A DNA stretch of 64,000 bases, taken from contig NIVC01002664.1 of the NCBI GenBank assembly GCA_002269645.1, positions 53,473-117,472 of the forward strand. Reading direction: 5' to 3'. The notes beneath the pieces were generated by a model, which saw nothing but the letters and a program-made list of their open reading frames with translations, did no database searches and was not told the origin of the DNA. A program made the translations under genes and the position numbers. Positions 1 to 14,112 of this stretch are shown piece by piece. This stretch comes from Macrostomum lignano (lineage: Eukaryota). Each line of letters opens with the position of its first letter. The first letter of the stretch is position 1.

Positions 1-3000
1 GACAGTTTGGCCTCCCGTTCGGCGACACGCTGTGCCACCGATTCCGTCAGCTCTTTGAGCTCCGGGAAGTCGTCGAGATTGTCGATTAGCGGGATCAGCA
101 GTGGCTCGATGCTTGGGTGCTTGCTGGCTGGAATTGGGCGATGCAGGTGAATTGAGACTGCATTCTTGATGGGCCGAGTGATAGACGGGAATGTACACTC
201 GATTGGGATAGAGAGGCTGTATGTACATTCTTGATAGGTGGAGTGGTGATAGTGAAACTGTACACTCGATTGGGATAGAGAGGCTGTGTGTACATTCTTG
301 ATAGGCGGAGTGGTAGAGGGGATTGTAATATTCCTGCACGAAAACGAGACGCACGAGTTTGCGTGTAGGAAAATCATTGTCTTTTGACCATAGACAAAGT
401 CATTCCTGCACGGTTTTCGAGAAACGTTAAGAAGAGATGAAAATTGAGTGGAGAGTTTATAGAAAAGTGTATAAAGCTTATTGACTATGGCGTCTGTAAT
501 CGACTCGGCTCTGAATCCTCCATTAATTGATTTTCGCTATGCTACGGTGTCTGGATTAATTGGCGACGAAATGTTTATTGAAAGTGTGTCCAGCAACTTT
601 GAGAGGACGGGCGACGATTTGACTCCACTGATAGCGGATTGCACGTTCAGCGAGGAATTAGAGAAACTTTTCAGCTCGGATCCGGAAACCTTGTGTAACC
701 TTGACGAATTGGAAAGTCTGGCCGCTCAACTGGAACGCGACAACGAATGTCATTCGACTGTCTCTAAGGATAAAGCTGTGATCAACCGCTTGACGGCCTG
801 GTTGGCGGAGAATAATTTAAAAGTGGATTACGCGACTGCTTCGGTGGAAGAAATTGCCAAATGGGTCCGCTACTTCTATGCGACTCTGCGTAAGTCAGAC
901 GGCAGCTTCTATTCGCCGAATACAATCGTAGGAATTCGAGCCGCACTGTTCAGGTACTTTATGAAATTACGTGGCCTCAATATCATCGCTCACGAGGCTT
1001 TTCATAGCGCGAATTTGATGGTGAAGAATGTTTGCAATGCGTATTTGAAGTCCGGTGGTCGAGTGCAGCATTACGAAGCCATTGAGTCGGACGACCTTGT
1101 CAAGCTTGCTTCTTACTTCGACAGAAGCACTCCAACACGTTTGCAAGAAGAGGTATATTTCAATGTGTTATTTTATTTCGGCAATCGCGGCAGAGAATGG
1201 CTACGAGGTCTCACTGTTCGTTCATTCCGAGAGAAGGCCCTATCAAACGGAGCTATGGCGATCGAGTTGCAAGGCAGCACCTCAAAGAATGTAAAAGGCT
1301 CGAGTGACATGCGACTCTGCGACGACAATAAACAGGCCTTGATGGTGGCCAAGCCGGAGTCAAGGCACTGTCCAGTTCAGGCCTTCCAGCTTTATTTGTC
1401 GAAAATTACTGCCGTGCCGGGTTGGAATCAGGAGGACTTCTTTCTGCGTCCGAAACCACGAGTGAATGCGGATGGCATCTGGTACACCAAAGTACCAGTT
1501 GGAATCAACACTTTGGGGCCGTTGCTCAAGAAGATCTCTTCGAATGCTAACCTGTCCAAGCTGTACACTCCGCATTGTGTGCGACCTACAGTTGTTACGG
1601 AGCTGCATGAAGCTGGCTTTTCTGTCGAAAAAATTGCGAAGGTGACAGGTCACAAGGTGAGCAATTCTTTATTCTTAGTAAGTTTATTGACACATGGACA
1701 AGGAATTTATTAAACACCACCTCTATTCACAGAATAGCGCGTCGGTAGAACGATACATCTGGAGAGGCAAGAAGAGGGACTCGATCATGGCAGGGATGAG
1801 TGATCAGCTGACAGTCGCTCTAGCTGGAACTATGCCGGCACCAAGTTCTACATTGAGCGAAGCTCCTGCAAGGGCTGTTACAACTACCGACCCGTGCGCC
1901 CTGAGCGACGCTCCTACAAGGGCTGTTGCGACTACCGACCCGTGCGGATCAGCGTCAATGTCAACTTTCAAGAAGTCACTGGTTGTTGAAGAATCGACCA
2001 CCACACTTGTAGCAGCCCCCACTAAGCGGATGAAGATTTTGGCAAACGGCGAAACGAATGTTGTGCAGTTTATTTTCGAGTAAATGCCGAGAGGGGTGTG
2101 AGTAGGTCTATAGACTCATTAACTGTTTCCCTAGTTCCACTTATTATCCTTTTTGTTCTTCCATATTGTTATTGATTACATATTAAGTTGCTTCTAAAAA
2201 TAAATTGTTAAATCGTGCAGGAATGAAGTCATTCCTGCACGATAAGCTAACGTATGTCAAGTGATTTCTACCATAGACACAGACATTCCTGCACGATAAT
2301 AAATCGAAAAAAATCATTCCTGCACGCTGTGGTCAAACGACAATGTACACTCGATTGGGATAGAAAGGCTGTATGTACATTCTTGATAGGCGGAGTGATA
2401 GAGGGGATTGTACACTCGATTGGGATAGAAAGGCTGTATGTACATTCTTGATAGGCGGAGTGGTGATTGTGAGACTGTATACTCGATTGGGATAGAGAGG
2501 CTGTATGTACATTCTCGATAGGCGGAGTGGTAGATATCTCTAGGCGGAGTGGTAAATATCTCTAGGCGAGATATGTACACTGTAGTACATGTAGGAGGAT
2601 AATTAAAAACTTTAAGGAACAAAATACAGTGTACATTGTTTTTATCGATGCAGGCAGTGGTGAGCACTATAGGGTTCTGATGCTCCCGGTTCTAGGAAAT
2701 ATTGATTTTTTATTCTTATCAATTCGAATGAGATCATTCTTTGATTAAGCGTTTAAGACTTCCGGGAAGTGAACTACAATTAATCAATCTATGAAAGCTT
2801 TTGAACTCCCACCCTTCCTACAATAGTTTAAATGAAATTAAAAGATACAAAGTACTATAGTTATCCAATAAACCTAATTGGAATTGAAAAAAACATTAGA
2901 AGCGCTTTTCACTGTAAAGACTTTTATAATACAAATGATATTCCTGTTGTTGAGTAGTTAATCAGATATATTAAGGAATTTTCCATTTTACTGTACGACC

Positions 3001-6000
3001 TCCTCTTGTAAGCAATTTAATCAAATCTGAAGTTAATCCGGCTTTACGTTGAAGAACAATTTGGAAATTAAAATAACTGCGTCTTGCAATAAAGCGTGAT
3101 AGCAGTTCAAAATGTATTCGAGTGCACTGCAGACAGTCATTTTAACACATTTCTCATTCACAGATTTAGACCTTATCTACAGATTTCACATCTACAGATT
3201 TCTTATCTGCAGATTTCTCATCTACAGATTTCTCATCTACAGATTTCTCATCTAAAGATTTCTCATTCACACATTTCTCATCTACAGATTTCTCATCTAC
3301 AGATTTCTCATTCACACATTTCTCATCTACAGATTTCTCATCTACAGATTTCTCATTCACACATTTCTCATCTACAGATTTCTCATCTACAGATTTCTCA
3401 TTCACACATTTCTCATCTACAGATTTCTCATTCACACATTTCTCATCTACAGATTTCTCTCCCAGAGATTTGCAATTCCTGCTCACCTTGCAATTTGCAC
3501 AGAACGACAACATCCCGACTGCCAATCTGATCCGATAGCGATTCGTGATCCTGCAGCTCGGGCAGCTTGAGCAGTTGGCCACCCACTGTGCTGAGCTCGA
3601 TGACAGCTGGAGTAGGAAAGTTTTTATAGATTTTTAGTATGTAGCCAGGCTCTTAAAATTGTGGAAATCCTAGATATTTTTATTGTGAAATGCCTGACAG
3701 GAAGCTTAGCAAGTTTCAGTGGGAGATTTTTTCCAATCTGACAAATAGTTCGCAGCAGGAGGCAAAAAAACACGATTACAGCATTTTTCCCATGAACTTA
3801 TCTCAACAGAATTTTTTCACGCTTGTAGCTGCTACAATCACATGTAAGCAATACAGACAACTCATCATCTGTGAGTTCGCTGCGTACGAGTACTCGTATA
3901 CGCAGTAGTGTTATATTTCCACCGAGTTCCTCCGGGAGAACTGTAGCATCCAGCTAGCTAGCTGGTTATGACACCAACACTGCCAACCAACATGCTTGAC
4001 CTGTCACTACACGTATTGGAAATTTCACCCTACGTCAGTTGCTTACCGGGCTAAAAATAAATAGAATTGAGGCTTTTTAACGAAACAGATGAGTGAAAAG
4101 CAAACCCCAGCAAAATGTTTTTACAGGGCACAAAAGATCTGCTTTGACTCTTTGGACTTTTAATGTATTGAAAACTAAAAGGGTTACGCAGGATTCTGTT
4201 GAGGCACGCAGGGGTCGGAAAAAAGATTGTGGGGAGAGCCAATCAAAGCCACGTACTTTGCACGCAGAGGACGGAAAACAGGAGGTTAGCGAGAGCCAAT
4301 CAAAAGCCACACATTTCACACGCAGAGGGACGGAAAACAGGTTGCGGGGAGAGCCAACCAAAAGCCACGTACTTCGCACGCAGGGGATGGAAAACAGGGG
4401 GTTGGCGAGAGCCAACCAAAAGCCACGTTACTTCGCACGCAGGGGATGGAAAACACGGGGTTGGTGAGTGAGAGCCAACCAAAAGCCACGCACTTTGCAC
4501 GCAGGGGACGGAAAACAGGAGGTTAGCGAGAGCCAATCAAAAGCCACACATTTCACACGCAGAGGGACGGAAAACAGGTTGCGGGGAGAGCCAACCAAAA
4601 GCCACGTACTTCGCACGCAGGGGATGGAAAACACGGGGTTGGTGAGTGAGAGCCAACCAAAAGCCACGCACTTCGCACGCAGGGGATGGAAAACAGGGGG
4701 TTGGCGAGAGCCAACCAAAAGCCACGTTACTTCGCACGCAGGGGATGGAAAACACGGGGTTGGTGAGTGAGAGCCAACCAAAAGCCACGCACTTCGCACG
4801 CAGGGGATGGAAAACACGGGGTTGGTGAGTGAGAGCCAACCAAAAGCCACGCACTTCGCCCGCAGGGGATGGAAAACACGGGGTTGGTGAGTGAGAGCCA
4901 ACCAAAAGCCACACACTTCGCACGCAGAGGGACGGAAAACACGGGGTTGATGAGTGAGAGCCAACCAAAAGCCACGTACTTCGCACGCAGGGGACGTAAA
5001 ACAGGGGGTTGGTGAGTGAGAGCCAACCAAAAGCCACGCACTTCGCACGCAGGGGACGGAAAACAGGGTGTTAGCGAGAGCCAACCAAAAAGCCACGTTA
5101 CTTCGCACGCAGGGGATGGAAAACAGGGGGTTGGTAAGTGAGAGCCAACCAAAAGCCGCGTACTTCGCACGCAGGGGACGGAAAACAGGGGGTTGGTGAG
5201 TGAGAGCCAACCAAAAGCCACGTACTTCGCACGCAGGGGACGGAAAACAGGGAGTTGGTAAGTGAGAGCCAACCAAAAGCCACGTACTTCGCACGCAGGG
5301 GATGGAAAACACGGGGTTGGTGAGTGAGAGCCAACCAAAAGCCACACACTTCGCACTTAGGGGGTGGGGCGGAAAACAGGGGGACAGAAGGATTGACCCG
5401 ATCTCAAATCTTAAGAGTACGTTCGTATAACCATTCCAGTCTACATGTAGATAGCTCTATCTAGTTTATGCAACGTAAGAAACATCTCATAGATTTTAAA
5501 ACCAATATAAATCTGTTGAGAGCTCACTATTTTGATCGAGTTTGCAGCTACGCCTGATTGCGCTGATCAGATGCTCTTTCTGGCACGTGATGTTGAACAG
5601 GGCTGTCTTATTGTCTGAAATAAGTAATTTTAATTGGTAAAGTGAAATATTTTTTGAATCCGAAAAAATTCAATCAGGTATCATTTTCCCTTAGAGTTAG
5701 GTCTGCACATGTATAATACAGCAAACTGAAAATCTATATGCATTGTATTATCCGTCTAGCCTAAATCTATGCTTAAAATATTCAATTGTCTCCGAAGCAT
5801 TGGGCAGTTCTCGTATTACAAACCTAAGAGGCTTTGCAGCCTAATGCATCAGTTGCAGTGGGGGAGCATAGGGAGAGAAAGAGAGTAGAAGAAGAGCATT
5901 CAGAACCCAAAGTCGTACCTGAAGTCAGAATGGCAACAGGTGAATGGCACTCAGAAACAAGAGATGACAAGACGATAAAGAGAGAGAGAGAGATCCTCTC

Positions 6001-7567
6001 GTCCCGACATTGATGAAGCTATGCGATGCTGGACAGTCTCAGATTAGTAAACAGTGCAATCATTTACAACTCCACTCTGTCCCTCTCCATCCTCATCGCT
6101 ATGGTATTAGTTGATGACCCACATAAAAATAGGCCTGGCAACCAATCCCAGTGATTGATGAAGCTGCTACAGAGTTTCCGGTTGATGCTGAGAAGTCCAG
6201 AGAGCAAGCAGTTCGAGATTTCCGGGGTCTTCTCTGTGGGTGAGGATGCCGCCCTATTCAACTAACCATATGACAAAATACTCTCGAAGGGATTCATCAA
6301 TATGAACTGTTAATACGCTTTGAGTATGATTAACTGGTACCCTCGATACACTGCAACAGTAGCCAATCTGCAGTGTTCCGCGGTAATTAGTCTGTCTAGA
6401 CTAGATGAACACAGACAAAATGTGATTGTAATAAACTAATATGAGACTTGTCCAAACTGTCATTGGTGATACGATGCTGATTCATTTAGTTTCATAATAT
6501 TCAACATATTTCCTAGTTTTCTTTCGAATCAGGTGACTATTCACTAATGAACTCACTCATTCACTAATTTGCTCATTCAAACACTCATTAATTGCTCATC
6601 AACTTACTTTTCATCTTAAGGTGTCACTCATGAACTCACTCATGAAGTCAATCATGAAGTCACTCATGAACTCACTCATAAACTCACTCATGAAATCGCT
6701 CATGAACTAATCAACTCACTCATGAACTCACTCATGAACTCACTCATGAACTCACTCATGAAGTCAATCATGAAGTCACTCATGAACTCACTCATGAAGT
6801 CAATCATGAAGTCACTCATGAACTCACTCATAAACTCACTCATGAACTCACTCATGAACTCACTCATGAAGTCAATCATGAAGTCACTCATGAACTCACT
6901 CATGAACTCACTCATGAACTCACTCATGAAATCGCTCATGAACTAATCAACTCACTCATGAACTCACTCATGAACTCACTCATGAACTCACTCATGAAGT
7001 CAATCATGAACTCACTCATAAACTCACTCATGAACTCACTCATGAACTCACTTATGAACTCACTCATAAACTCACTCATGAACTCACTCATGAACTCACT
7101 CATGAACTCACTCATAAACTCACTCATGAACTCACTCATGAACTCACTCATAAACTCACTCATGAACTCACTCATGAACTCACTCATGAACTCACTCATG
7201 AACTCACTCATGAACTCACTCATGAACTCACTCATGAACTCACTCATGAACTCACTCATGAACTCACTCATGAACTCACTCATGAACTCACTCATGAACT
7301 CACTCATAAACTCACTCATGAACTCACTCATGAACTCACTCATGAACTCACTCATGAACTCACTAGGCATTGCTAGGCATGAACTCACTCATGAACTCAC
7401 TCATGAACTCACTCATGAACTCACTCATAAACTCACTCATTAACTCATCAACCCTTCCCAGCCCACTCACCGCCGTGCAGCACACAGAAGTACAGCGGTG
7501 GACAGGCCGCAGAACCGGTCGCAGAGCTCCGACCCGAGCCGGCGTCAGCGGCGGTGTCTGGCGTCAT
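1..7567 (-). CDS. CXorf65/C22orf15-like protein, multi-exon, 3' end off window (exons 7567-7471, 5614-5528, 3606-3487, 127-<1)
   Basis: All three introns are GT-AG with consistent phase 1. The spliced product is MTPD...PLYFCVLHG/DNKTALFNITCQKEHLISAIRRSCKLDQN/TVIELSTVGGQLLKL...SRDVVVLCKLQ/ASKHPSIEPLLIPLIDN. From recall this follows the CXorf65/C22orf15 pattern (FIKHGDNQQFLVN..C..IRSK..TIDLC..G..YYVCKV..FVPLL). Confidence 0.75.
190..327 (+). repeat. about 65-bp tandem repeat (TGTACACTCGATTGGGATAGAGAGGCTGTATGTACATTC...), left part of an array interrupted by YR element 1
   Basis: Two units here; the same unit resumes at 2343-2530. Confidence 0.85.
328..2347 (+). mobile_element. Crypton-like tyrosine-recombinase DNA transposon, copy 1
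   Basis: YR gene flanked by directly repeated 25-bp sites (388-412, 2271-2295) and several TTCCTGCACG boxes. It interrupts a tandem array, with TGTA at both junctions (324-327, 2344-2347). It lies in intron 3 of the CXorf65-like gene, on the opposite strand. Confidence 0.8.
487..2083 (+). CDS. Tyrosine recombinase, Crypton/DUF3504 (KCTD1/ZMYM/QRICH1-related) type; exons 487-1656 and 1733-2083, 506 aa
   Basis: Motifs LQEEVYFNVLFYFGNRGRE (Arg), SKN, HCVR, TGHK, then SVERY (Tyr at 1754-1756) after a 76-nt phase-0 intron (GTGAGC...TTCACAG, 1657-1732). Collinear with the ORF at 17602. Confidence 0.9.
2343..2570 (+). repeat. about 65-bp tandem repeat, right part, decaying
   Basis: About three units matching 190-327. 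Confidence 0.85.
3166..3455 (+). repeat. 15-bp minisatellite (CAGATTTCTCATCTA / CACATTTCTCATTCA)
   Basis: Direct inspection; source of the LQISH/VDEKS pseudo-ORFs. Confidence 0.95.
4220..5355 (+). repeat. about 60-bp minisatellite (GAGAGCCAACCAAAAGCCACGTACTTCGCACGCAGGGGATGGAAAACACGGGGTTGGTGAGT)
   Basis: Many tandem variant units with no unique spacers. Confidence 0.95.
6540..7445 (+). repeat. 12-bp minisatellite (ATGAACTCACTC)
   Basis: Direct inspection; source of the MNSL/MSEF pseudo-ORFs. Confidence 0.95.
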
Positions 7568-8139
7568 GCCTGCCTTGTCTCGTTCTGGCTGGCTGAGAAA
7601 CCTGTGGTTTCGCTTCTAAATTAAAAGATGATTATTGCATATATATTTTACACTTCGCTAGCTCAGACCGCTCTAATAGTAACATTATCATTTCTGCTAG
7701 GCATTGCAACCAACTATTTAGAGAAAAAGCAAGAGATGAAAGACAGGAAAGAGATGTGAGAGATAGAGAGACAAAAAATACGTAACTTGGCCTATTCCCA
7801 GCTACAAGTGGGGTCATAATAGCTTAGAGAAACTGCGGTATACCCAGTCCTGCATCACCTTGAATAGCTCGTATACTCTAGTTGGCGTACGTAGAAATTT
7901 AAACGAACTCAAAGTTAGTCTGTTTCTGGATGCTCGCTCTGTGCTCTTCTCTTTCTCCTGAGCAACAGCTCTTCTTAGAACTGCTTTGAAATTCTGTGAG
8001 CTGCTGGTAAACAGCTGTGAAAAATTTGTAAGCAATACTTGATGTCTCTGATGACCGCTTGCTAAAGGCCATTCATCATTATGTCATAATTATGTATTTA
8101 GCTTGATCTTTTACCAAATCTAGCTTTCAAATGTGCGTG

Positions 8140-8815
8140 ATCTGTCATTCTATCCATGCGTGATCTGTCACTCAATCTATGCATGATCTGTCAGTCAATC
8201 CATGCATGATCCGTCACTCAATCCATGCGTGATCTGTCACTCAATCCATGCGTGATCTGTCATTCTATCCATGCGTGATCTGTCACTCAATCTATGCATG
8301 ATCTGTCAGTCAATCCATGCATGATCCGTCACTCAATCCATGCGTGATTTGTCACTCAATCCATGCGTGATCTGTCACTCAATCCATGCGTGATCTGTCA
8401 TTCTATCCATGCGTGATCTGTCACTCAATCTATGCATGATCTGTCAGTCAATCCATGCATGATCCGTCACTCAATCCATGCGTGATCTGTCACTCAATCC
8501 ATGCGTGATCTGTCACTCAATCCATGCATGATCTGTCAGTCAATCCATGCATGATCCGTCACTCAATCCATGCGTGATCTGTCACTCAATCCATGCGTGA
8601 TCTGTCACTCAATCCATGCGTGATCTGTCACTCAATCCATGCGTGATCTGTCACTCAATCCATGCGTGATCTGTCACTCAATCCATGCGTGATCTGTCAC
8701 TCAATCCATGCTTGATCTGTCACTCAATCCATGCGTGATCTGTCACTCAATCCATGCTTGATCTGTCACTCAACCCATGCTTGATCTGTCACTCAATCGA
8801 TGCTTGATCTGTCAA
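8140..8815 (+). repeat. 23-bp minisatellite (TGATCTGTCACTCAATCCATGCG)
   Basis: Direct inspection. Confidence 0.95.
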
Positions 8816-9373
8816 AATGGCGGCAATTTCGCCTGCATTTAAATCGATAAACTGATGGAGAATTATTGAAGAGACTGAAGGCAGAAGAAACCGTCAATTA
8901 TGTGCTTAAAAAGTGTAGATTTTCCCTTGCCAATGCGTTTTTTAGGCAAAACATCTTTCTTGCGGTCCTTGCTTTCTACATTGGCAGCAGAAAGTGCACA
9001 AAAAACACCCCCAGTTTGTTGCCAGCAATCAGATGCCAGCCTTCATAAGCGCTCTGACAGATTAAATTTGTTAGCTGCAGTGAAGTCATATTAAGGAGGA
9101 GAGCTCTGAAGTTTAATCATATCCTGCATTATGATATGGTGTACTGTGGCTCACCACTAATTCTTGGCTAGGCATTGAAGGCTGAAATAAATATGGAGTG
9201 AATAACTTCTTTGTCGATTGCAGAGCTGCGACAGAAATATGGAATGCCCGTGCATAATTGATGGGGCTTACTGCTTCAGATGAAGCTCTGAAGCGATTGC
9301 GGCTTGAATGAAGATGGCTGTGCAATGCGGACTCAGTGTGAATAGACTGGTTATGCTGGATATTGGATTAATA

Positions 9374-10285
<912 letters not shown>

Positions 10286-10690
10286 ATGGACATGAAAGGA
10301 ACAGTCCTTAAAATTCTGACTTGACTCGGTCCGTGAGTGGCCAGGCTGCTCTGAGCCCAAGCCCAGGCTCCTCCAGCCTCCTATAAAGTTGCCTCATCAT
10401 TGGTTTGTACGAGCTTCACTGTTCCAGACTGTGGAAGCTCAAGTTGGCTCTGCAGGTGTGACTTGTTAACACAAACATATTAACAGCTGTAATATTTACA
10501 TATTAACTCCTTTATTAACTGAGAACAGGTGAGAATTGAATTGTTTGTCTCTAAAATGAGTTGGGCTTTGACTTTGAGCCGAGTGTGCGCGAGAGTATAC
10601 TATGTAAATGTATTATTTTTTATTTTGTGTTATACGCTCGTGCGTTTCATCAATCTGTCTCATCAGTTCTAGATTGCTACTATTTCAGAG

Positions 10691-12529
10691 ATGCGACTTA
10701 CCGGTCTGCTGGCTCTGCTGTCGGTGCTGGGGACTGCACTGTCTGCGCCACAACAACTCGGTGAGCTTCTGTGGGAAATCCTGTCTTTGTATCCACCTAT
10801 CTTTGTATCTGCCTGTCTTTGTATCTACCTGTCTTTGTATCTACCTGTCTTTGTATCTACCTGTCTTTGTATCGATCTGTCTTTGTATCTACCTGTCTTT
10901 GTATTTAACTGTCTTTGTATCTATCTGTCTTTGTATTTATCTGTCTTTGTATCTACCTGTATTTGTATCCACCTGTCTTTGTATTTACCTGTCTTTGTAT
11001 CTATCTGTCTTTGTATCTACCTGTCTTTGTATCTACCTGTATTTGTATCTACCTGTCTTTGTATCTACCTGTCTTTGTATCTACCTGTCTTTGTATTTAC
11101 CTGTCTTTGTATCTATCTGTCTTTGTATCTACCTGTCTTTGTATCTACCTGTCTTTGTATCTACCTGTCTTTGTATCTACCTGTCTTTGTATCCACCTGT
11201 CTTTGTACCTATCTGTCTTTGTATCTACCTGTCTTTGTATCCACCTGTCTTTGTATCTACCTGTCTTTGTATCCACCTGTCTTTGTATCTACCTGTCTTT
11301 GTATCCACCTGTCTTTGTATCCACCTGTCTTTGTATCTACCTGTCTTTGTATCCACCTGTCTTTGTATCCACCTGTCTTTGTATCTACCTGTCTTTGTAT
11401 CCACCTGTCTTTGTATCTACCTGTCTTTGTATCCACCTGTCTTTGTATCCACCTGTCTTTGTATCCACCTGTCTTTGTATCTACCTATCTTTGTATCTAC
11501 CTGTCTTTGTATCCACCTGTCTTTGTATCTACCTGTCTTTGTATCTACCTGTCTTTGTATCTACCTGTCTTTGTATCCACCTGTCTTTGTATCTACCTGT
11601 CTTTGTATCCACCTGTCTTTGTATCCACCTGTCTTTGTATCTACCTGTCTTTGTATCCACCTGTCTTTGTATCTACCTGTCTTTGTATCCACCTGTCTTT
11701 GTATCTACCTGTCTTTGTATCTACCTGTCTTTGTATCCACCTGTCTTTGTATCTACCTGTCTTTGTATCCACCTGTCTTTGTATCTACCTGTCTTTGTAT
11801 CTACCTGTCTTTGTATCTACCTGTCTTTGTATCCACCTGTCTTTGTATCTACCTGTCTTTGTATCTACCTGTCTTTGTATCCACCTGTCTTTGTATCTAC
11901 CTGTCTTGATCTAATGCTGATGATCTAATCCTAATCTAATGCTTATCTAATCCTAATCTAATGCTTATCTAATGCTGATCTAATGCTGACCTAATGCTGA
12001 CCTAATGCCGACCCAATGCAGATCTAATGCTGATCTGATGCTGATCTAATGCTGACCTAATGCTGACCTAATGCCGACCCAATGCAGATCTAATGCTGAT
12101 CTGATGCTGATTTAATGCTGATCTAATGCTGACCTAATGCTGACCTAATGCCGACCCAATGCAGATCTAATGCTGATCTAATGCTGATCTAATGCTGATT
12201 TAATGCTATTCATCTAGCATCCTGTACTTGTGAATTCGTAAAATCCCTCAGATGAGCAACAGTTGCGGCAGCAGAAGCCGATGCCGGATGCTGAACTCCT
12301 CACTGACCTCATTGAGAAGCGAGGCGTCGAGCTGGCGGGCGACATGTACTGCTGCGTGAACGGCATCCCCGGCTGCTGCCGCCGGCGCCGCCGCCGCTCA
12401 GCGCCGGGTGCCGACGAGGCCCAGGAGAAGCTGCGTGCCGCCTGCAGCTGCTGCCGCAGGCGGTCGGCCTTGTCGAGTCCCTCGCCCTGCTGCCTGGCCT
12501 GTCGCCAGTTGGCGCACCAGCTGGGCTGA
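10691..12529 (+). CDS. Secreted Cys-rich peptide precursor, 115 aa (exons 10691-10760, 12252-12529)
   Basis: Signal peptide MRLTGLLALLSVLGTALSA. Phase-1 intron G/GTGAGC...CCCTCAG/AT joins in frame to DEQQLRQQKPMPDAELLTDLIEKR-GVELAGDMYCCVNGIPGCC-RRRRRR-...CSCC-RRR-...CCLAC. Acceptor-like TTTCAG just before the ATG; TATAAA at 10382. Confidence 0.8.
10780..11905 (+). repeat. 16-bp minisatellite (CTGTCTTTGTATCTAC), intronic
   Basis: Direct inspection. Confidence 0.95.
11910..12210 (+). repeat. 11-bp minisatellite (CTAATGCTGAT), intronic
   Basis: Direct inspection. Confidence 0.9.
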
Positions 12530-12854
12530 AGTTGAACAACAAAGACTTGAAAACAAAACAAAAGCGGAACAAACAGATCGAAACAAAAATCCCCTTGTAA
12601 TAAACGTTTATGAGCTTTGACTCAAGCGGCTACGACTTGCTTGCAAATGCAGCCTTTTTTCTGAATTTTGTTTGCTTCTGTTCGGCTGCAGTTGCCGAGC
12701 TCAGGGCTGCGAAATGCTTTCGGTCGATGCCGCCTTGCCGCGGGATGGAGTACTTATTGATTGGTCTCGGAACCTCCTACTCGTAATTAGACAATGAGGC
12801 TGATGAGGGCTCTCTATTATGAGCGATCGAAGATGTCCCTCTGGCAGCTCGTGC

Positions 12855-13535
<681 letters not shown>

Positions 13536-14112
13536 AACAGTGGAAAATGAACAGGTCAAAACCTCTGAAAGGAAATGCTGGTTTTTTCGGGCCTGCAGCT
13601 TCGCCAATGCTATTTTGGTCGAATGCAGCTGCTGATCCGCCCACTCGGTCAAGGGCCAGCCCAAATTTACAATTGGCAGTGCGACGCACTCTTCAACTAT
13701 TCTTGAGTCTCGCGCGCACTTCATTAATTAACTTTGCTGCTCAACTTCCGAATAATTTCAGCCAGTTTCGCCCCTCCAGTTAGGAACTGGATTCCTTTCT
13801 CCTCCATCCTTTTCTCCACTTGGAGCTGTCTACACATTGATTCATTGTCAGCGCGAGCTGGTTAGCAGAGGAAGTGAAAATCCGGCTTCCCAGCCGCCGA
13901 AAACATGTTTTCTTTATTTCTAGCCATGACAGTTTCCAGCCTCCAAAATTGAATAGTCAGTGGGTTAATTCAATTTTGTGGGAATTCGTAGAAATAGCTG
14001 GTTAATTTGATCCATTGTTCCAGTTCTGCGTGACAATCTGCCGTGCTGACAATTTCCTAAGAGTTTTATTATTTACTATGCCCTAGCCAATTAGCTATGA
14101 GGGAGATAAGTG

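Noticed and set aside
481-1713. Prophage or bacterial integrase contamination
   Set aside because: It has a spliceosomal intron and an AATAAA signal, sits in a host intron, and carries DUF3504-type motifs.
4220-5355. CRISPR-like array
   Set aside because: Units abut with no unique spacers, there are no cas genes, and the context is a eukaryotic intron. The same applies to the other arrays.
10608-11928. Three 337-433 aa ORFs
   Set aside because: Read-through of a 16-bp intronic minisatellite; only 10691-10760 is a real exon.
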